64,000 bases of DNA from assembly GCA_043228905.1 (NCBI GenBank), contig JBHGNT010000017.1, forward strand, positions 5,890,001 through 5,954,000, given 5' to 3'. Made by a program: the position numbers and the translations under genes. Source of the DNA: Azolla caroliniana (lineage: Eukaryota > Plantae > Polypodiophyta). Each line of letters begins with the position of its first letter. The stretch's first letter is position 1. The notes below the pieces were generated by a model. It made no database searches. It saw only the letters and a list, made by a program, of their open reading frames with translations, and had not been told where the DNA came from. Of the stretch, positions 58,150 through 64,000 are shown in pieces.

Positions 58150-61080
58150 TCATGACCACCACCGGTCAACAATAGCTTCAGTTTTACAATCACTGGATGG
58201 CTCTACTTCATATGAATCTTGTGGCCCAGATTTATCTTCTTCAGATCCCGACGAAAAACTTCCACCTGGTGTGTGAAGCAAGCACTCTTGCAATAAAGAT
58301 GCATTCTGTATCTTTAAGCTCTCTTCACTACTCGCATTAGCTTCGCTGCTTTGTAGGTTCCCTTCATTAAGATAGCATTCCAATGGAATGTCTTGTAGCT
58401 CATTGGACGCTAGCATCATATCTCCTTCCTCATTGGGTTCTGATTCACCCCTATCATCGGTTACTTTCATGAATTCACAGATGCCTGAAACAAATGTGCC
58501 ATCTCCACTCTCCTGTAATCAGAAAACCAACAATGCATTTCAGTAAGCGGAAATCTTGTCAAGAGTTCCACCTGCATGAAATCATTGACACATGCTTCAT
58601 TGCAATATGAATACTTACCAAAGCTGGTTCAGATATAGGAACATGAGCAGGGGACTTGCTTCCTATGTTATGGTCTGATGGAGGTATTTTAGCTTCCGCA
58701 TCCATATCATAGACCGATAGAAAAAGTTTCTGTATTTATAGAGAAAGAAACTACATCATTAGAGCCCAACCCATTGTTACTACAACATAAACAAGGTAAG
58801 CAGTGTATTTACATGCTCTTCAAAATCACCACTGGATAAGTTTATGGATAAGTTTCTCATTAAAAGCAAAACCTGCAAAACATGTAAACATTTATTAATT
58901 TCCTCATGGTATATGATGTTGAGAAAACACATTTTTAAAGATATGAAGTCATTCAAATTCTCACAGTTTCACGATCAATGGGTGCCATCTCGTCCATCCT
59001 TTCCCGGTGTCCATGTGCAGTGGGATCAAAAACACTACCCAGAAAACTATAGACCTCAGCAAAGTCGGGCATCACTGGAAAAATAATGTGGTTTTCAATG
59101 AATTTTCACATGCATATATGCATATATTTTCAACTTTCAATAAAAAATTTGGAAGCCTTAATGTTATTGTCTTACCTGCATAAGTTTAAGTTATCCAAAA
59201 CATGTCCTCAAAATTCAAACGAATCATTCATAGATAAGACAGTTTCAGCTTGAAGCACAAGAGAACGGTTTCAATGATTACAAACTCACCTCTGAGGACA
59301 ACATCACCGTCACTTTGACCAATTGGCATCACCTGAGGAGAAGGACCACTGCTACCCATTTGGTCCTTGGAATGACCACCAGTTACAGATCCAACCTTAG
59401 AATCTACTGAAGAGATCAGAAGTGTGCATGACAAATTGATGAATACAAATTAAGACAGAAAAATAACTAGACCCTACCTTTCTTCAACCCAAAGTTTCCA
59501 GGAGGTGTCATATGATGAACCCAAGCAGACATTGTTGAAGCAGAAGCAAGGCTAGTAGCTGGTTGAATACCAGCAGTATAATTTAGCTCAGCTTGACTCG
59601 CAGACACAGGCATTTGCTGTGACGCAGTGGCTACACCAACAACATTAAGATTAACACATGCTAAAACGTTCAAGATTATCATTAATACACAGTAAAATAT
59701 ATTCAAGAGTATGATTAATACACAATAAAATTTCAGAATTATGAAATAATATGCACACAAATGTTCAATAATAGAACAATCATAGTAATGCTCTTACTAC
59801 TTTTAGACGCCTTTTGTGGATAAGGTTGTGCTGATTTACGCTTAGGTCGTGGAGGAGGCACATGTTGCCCAGTACCATTTTTTTGCACCTTTAAGAAATA
59901 CTTCTGTGCATGACTGCGTATCTACAAATCATCAAAACATGGACCCCGTTCAATAGATCCCCATTTTCACAAAGGTCATGGACCATTCAATAACTGACCT
60001 ACCCTATATGAATATCATATCATTGTATGCCATTCATGAAAACATTCACAAATCACTGAAACCTCACTTGAATTACTGTTTTGGAACCAACAAACGCTTC
60101 GATCTTCTTCCAATCCCGATCAAATCTGTTACATAAAAAGTGCCAGAGAAACCATTACTGAACCAGATATTACTACAAGAAATTTACTCCAAAGATACAA
60201 AGAGAATTTTGCAAAACGCAATTGCAAAACTCCTCCATTTATTGAAAATATGAACACTTGCATCCCTATTAGATTTCAACTTGTCGATAAGCAAATGCAA
60301 ACTAGCCTTCATATTTGAACATGGAATGGCAAACCCATTTAATCAAGGAATGCCCTGGAATATGAGATTAAAACATTGTCTAATTAAACTGAAATGTCTC
60401 ATCATCATACTATGAGAAGATTCTGTTAGAAATAGATATTAAGTGCCACACAAGCAACTTGGATCATAATGATTAAGACAGACAAGACTAGCTCTCCCAA
60501 CATTCCATGCACTAGTTTACAATAGACGCTTTTAGAAGCAGATCAGACTTCTCTCAATTTACTCCTAATGCCATAGGCTTTGACTCCGGTGTATGAATAT
60601 CCCTCAAATGAGCCATCAAAAGTAGTTCTATAAATTTATCTGACATTCGTTGAATATAATGGAACATTGCACGGACAAGATGGCATAATTCCAGAAGCAA
60701 AATGCACAAGGAAATCATGGAAAACCTTTACCCAGAGAAGAATAGAAGCAATTTGCAGACATAATACCCGAGGAAAAGCTCAGAAATAGATAATAGGAAC
60801 CAATATCCAGAGAGAAAAACCATTCTTTGAAACCAAAGTATAGGATCACACAAGGAGTACCACGTAGGATGAAAGAAAGACGGGAGACTTACAATTGAAG
60901 CGCTTCAATAAATTTGTCGTGTTCTTGTTCCGTCCAGCTCTCTCTCGACTTCGTGATGGTGTAAGGTTTTCTAACTCTTTTGGAGATGTCTTCTGCAGCA
61001 ACAGCAGCGGCAGAAGCAGAAGGAACAGAATCCGACACAGTAGAACTCAGCATCTCGGCCATCCCGGAATGCACAGCCAT
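58150..61080 (-). CDS. RVE: REVEILLE (RVE8/LCL clade) single-MYB circadian clock transcription factor. Exons 61080-60893, 60125-60068, 59921-59798, 59630-59478, 59406-59290, 59074-58965, 58872-58813, 58729-58619, 58512-58150
   Basis: [27 protein letters not shown]|[19 protein letters not shown]|[24 protein letters not shown]; LCL domain [21 protein letters not shown]|[12 protein letters not shown]; all junctions in frame. Confidence 0.95.
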
Positions 61081-62392
61081 GGAAACAAGGCGAATCAGAA
61101 TAAAGAAGAAGAAGGAGGAGGAGGAGGAGGAGGAGGAGAGCAGAGAAAGCAAATCAGGTTATGGAAGGAAGGAAAGTGTGCAGAAACCCTAAATCTCTGG
61201 TTTCCTGGTTTTCCTGGTTTTCTGGTTTTCTGGTTTTCTGGTTTTCTGGTTTTCTAGCTGGTTGGGCAATGGGGAGTGTGGGGTGGGGGGGTTTATCAAG
61301 TGTCATCTCGTGTGTGGTTGGGGAAGACCCACCATATTATTTCTTCTCCTGGACCAAAATTTCTCCATTCCACACTTGTCCCCCACCACACCAGTAACCC
61401 AATTTATGCCAAGGTTGACATACGTACTCTCTCTCTCTCTCTCTCGTCCCTAGGATCGGTCGATCTGCTCTCGCTCGCTCGCTTCCTCCTGTGCCTTCCG
61501 TGATCACTCACGTTCACCCCCTTCTTGGGACGAAGTTCGAATGAATAATCGCATGCTCGAATCAAATCTGGATTACATTTATTTTTTTAAGTGTCCAAGA
61601 GTTCTTGACCCGTTTGCCGCGAATCGAAGGATGACATGATCGTCCCCTCCTCGAAACGAATTTGGAGGATGGTTGGGTTCTTGAACATATATAGGTTTGA
61701 TAATATTGTTGTCGGAGATGAGAATGAGATGAATGTGTTGATTCAGTCAAAAGACTTGTGTTTTCAATCATATTTGTGCAATCTTTCGACCTATGTATAT
61801 GTTTGGCTCGTTCTATTTCAGACCCACTCACTCCATTTATCAAGGTATCATGCTTGATCATTGTTTTGTGAGGCTCACAAAGTTCCAATTTGGATCAGAG
61901 CAAATTTTAACTTTAACATCCATTATAAGAGAGACAACACCTTAAATATTTCTACTTAGAGGAGAGGCCAACAAGTAAACTAGGTGGAGTTCAACTTGTT
62001 ATATAGGGGCATGTGCTTTCAAAGATATTGTAGGTGCTCTGCGAGAAAGCAAGCAATAAGCTTAATGTTCTGTCAAAAGAAGTTAAAGTGTGGACAATGG
62101 AAGGACTATATGTTATGTGATGGAAGGACAAGGAGTAGTAGGGTGGGAAGGTGACTATATAAGTGCTCTCTCACCTCCCTGGTAATGGTTGTTGGTTATT
62201 CTTGTATTTTGCTCCTTATTAATACAGTTTTTACCTGCCTTTTCTATATACGTCGAGCTCTCTCAATTTCTCTCCTTCTCTCACACACACATATCACTTC
62301 CATTGCACATATCACTCACGATTATTTACATGGTATCAGAGCGATTGGTAGCCTGATCCAAGCTTATTCGTGGGTGTTGTGTCTAAGTCTTT

Positions 62393-62842
62393 TGTTAAGA
62401 GATCAAGCTCAACTTAGTTTAGATAGTTAGTCAACCATGTAACTTCGTAGTTACCTAGATAAAATCTAGTTAGAAGTGTTGACTATAACGCCTTAAATAA
62501 GACCTTGTACTTACGTGGGATATTATCGATCCTCCACTCCTAAGTACATTTAATATAGGACTTACACCTTAGTACCTATATTCTACTCACACATGTGCAC
62601 CTTTGCACATGAGATGTATATATACCTCATTGTGGGTATTTTTGTATTTGATGATGTTGATGCTAATTTAATATATAGTTACTCATCCCCCATCGTGTGT
62701 TGTTTATAAGTGTTAACTTCCTCTCTCTCTCTCTTCCTCTCACACACATACACACACATATCACTTAATCTTCTGCTTATCAACTAATCACATAATTAGG
62801 TACTAATTAATCCTTGCTTAATTACTTACCTAATTCTTAACA
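62393..62842. mobile_element. Probable solo LTR inserted in the Copia leader; a related LTR-like segment lies at ~51596-51982
   Basis: TGTTAAGA...TCTTAACA ends; TCAAGCTCAACTT start shared with 51596; no TSD match. Confidence 0.45.
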
Positions 62843-63663
62843 CCTACATTCATGGAGAATTGGTTGATCACTGTAGCAACAACCTGCACAGTTCGTATCA
62901 TAGAGAAGAAGAAGAAGATTCAAGATGAATACTCAGATGGGAAACGTTCTTCCTATTGAGAAACTCGACAAAAACAATTTTGCATCTTGGGAATACAAGA
63001 TGCACCAATACCTTGTCGGCCAAGGTTATTGGGGCTACATCCCCGCTAAGTCGAAGGAGCACAAAAAACGCAACCTAGACTGACACACGCAAACTACCCA
63101 ACCTGGGAGTAGGCTACGAGTCATGTGTTGTACTGCCTTGCATCATGTGTACATGATCACATGCTCGACTACATTTGAGAGGAAAAAACGTCGGAGGAGG
63201 CGTGAGGGAACCTCAAGAATATCTTAATGGCTGCTTGCAAGCTTCAACTCCGTCAAGAGTTGAACAGTATTCAACAGAGGGACATGTCAATCGGCAACTA
63301 CACCTTGAAGATCAAGGAGTTGTGTGAGGCCCTCGCGTTGATCAATGTCAACATTGATGACGATGAAATGGTGTAGATATGCTTCAAAGGCTTGGCACCT
63401 CGGTTTGGCTCAATAAGGTCGGTCGTTCTCGCGAGAGAGGATCCTCCCTCCTTTTTCGATCTCCAGTCAATGTTACTGGTTGAAGAAAACCATGTCCGAA
63501 CAAGGAGAAATGTACAAGAGGGGACACATGCTCTATTTGAACTCGGATGGAGGAAGAGGACAAGGTTGTGGCAGAAGAGGTTGATACGTGCAAGACCGAC
63601 ACAACCAAGGGCAGTCCCATGAGCACAACTTCTACTATTGACAAGATATCACAAACACGGGAG

Positions 63664-64000
63664 GAGCCTCGAGTGGAAGGGGGAGCAATCATGCCGGACC
63701 CAACTAACAGAACAACTTCGTCCAGTGCAGATATTGTGGGAAATTCGGTCACTACGAGATAGAGTTTCGGAAAAGAAAAGTGAGACAACATTCATGAGCC
63801 GACAACTCACAAATTACGCCTCAAATTCCGACTACGATGATATTGTGGGAACAACATTCATGAGCCTCGAGTGGAAGGGGGAGCAATCATGCCGGACCCA
63901 ACTAACAGAACAACTTCGTCCAGTGCAGATATTGTGGGAAATTCGGTCACTACGAGATAGAGTTTCGGAAAAGAAAAGTGAGACAACATTCATGAGCCTC
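63664..64000 (+). repeat. ~137-bp tandem duplication of the gag zinc-knuckle segment
   Basis: GAGCCTCGAGTGGAAGGGGGAGC... at 63664 and 63862; a third unit starts at the window end. Confidence 0.9.

Larger units (their letters stand above)
61867..64000 (+). mobile_element. Degenerate Ty1/Copia 5' part: LTR ending at 62330 (start uncertain), Met PBS at 62331, decayed gag from ~62930; runs off the window end
   Basis: TTTACA|TGGTATCAGAGC; EKLDKNNFASWEYKMHQYLVGQGYWGYI; multiple stops. Confidence 0.85.

Noticed and set aside
61196-61295. (TTTTCTGG)n repeat and G-quadruplex-like tract upstream of RVE
   Set aside because: Common low-complexity promoter/UTR sequence with no supporting evidence; no exact evening element seen nearby

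Overview
Eukaryotic nuclear DNA from a land plant. The mix of Tcn1-type chromoviruses, a Sola2-like DNA transposon and an RTEX-like LINE suggests a non-seed plant such as a fern (inference). Two intron-containing host genes on the - strand flank about 51 kb of nested transposons: eEF2 (1-~5070, runs off the window start) and a REVEILLE8-clade MYB clock gene (58150-61080). An old Tcn1-like Ty3/Gypsy element (8892-54080) hosts a Met-primed chromovirus (11155-46411). That chromovirus hosts a 16-kb Sola2-like DNA transposon (itself carrying a young intact Copia and a Copia fragment), a young intact Tcn1-like element, and a second Copia carrying a TRIM. The old Tcn1-like element also hosts a 5.6-kb TIR element with captured UBC2/RAD6 exons. 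Stacked LINE 3' ends and a degenerate Copia follow. Two systems stand out. (1) Three diverged Tcn1-like LTRs share a module of antisense tRNA-like Pol III A/B boxes, a heat-shock-element array and a TATA box; two also show a covarying self-priming TSS/PBS pair and a conserved -1 frameshift structure. (2) The Sola2-like transposon carries a RING-finger gene and an FCP1-like pseudo-phosphatase gene, with element-specific palindromic satellites lying in its non-coding DNA, mostly introns. All calls were made by eye; no database searches were run.
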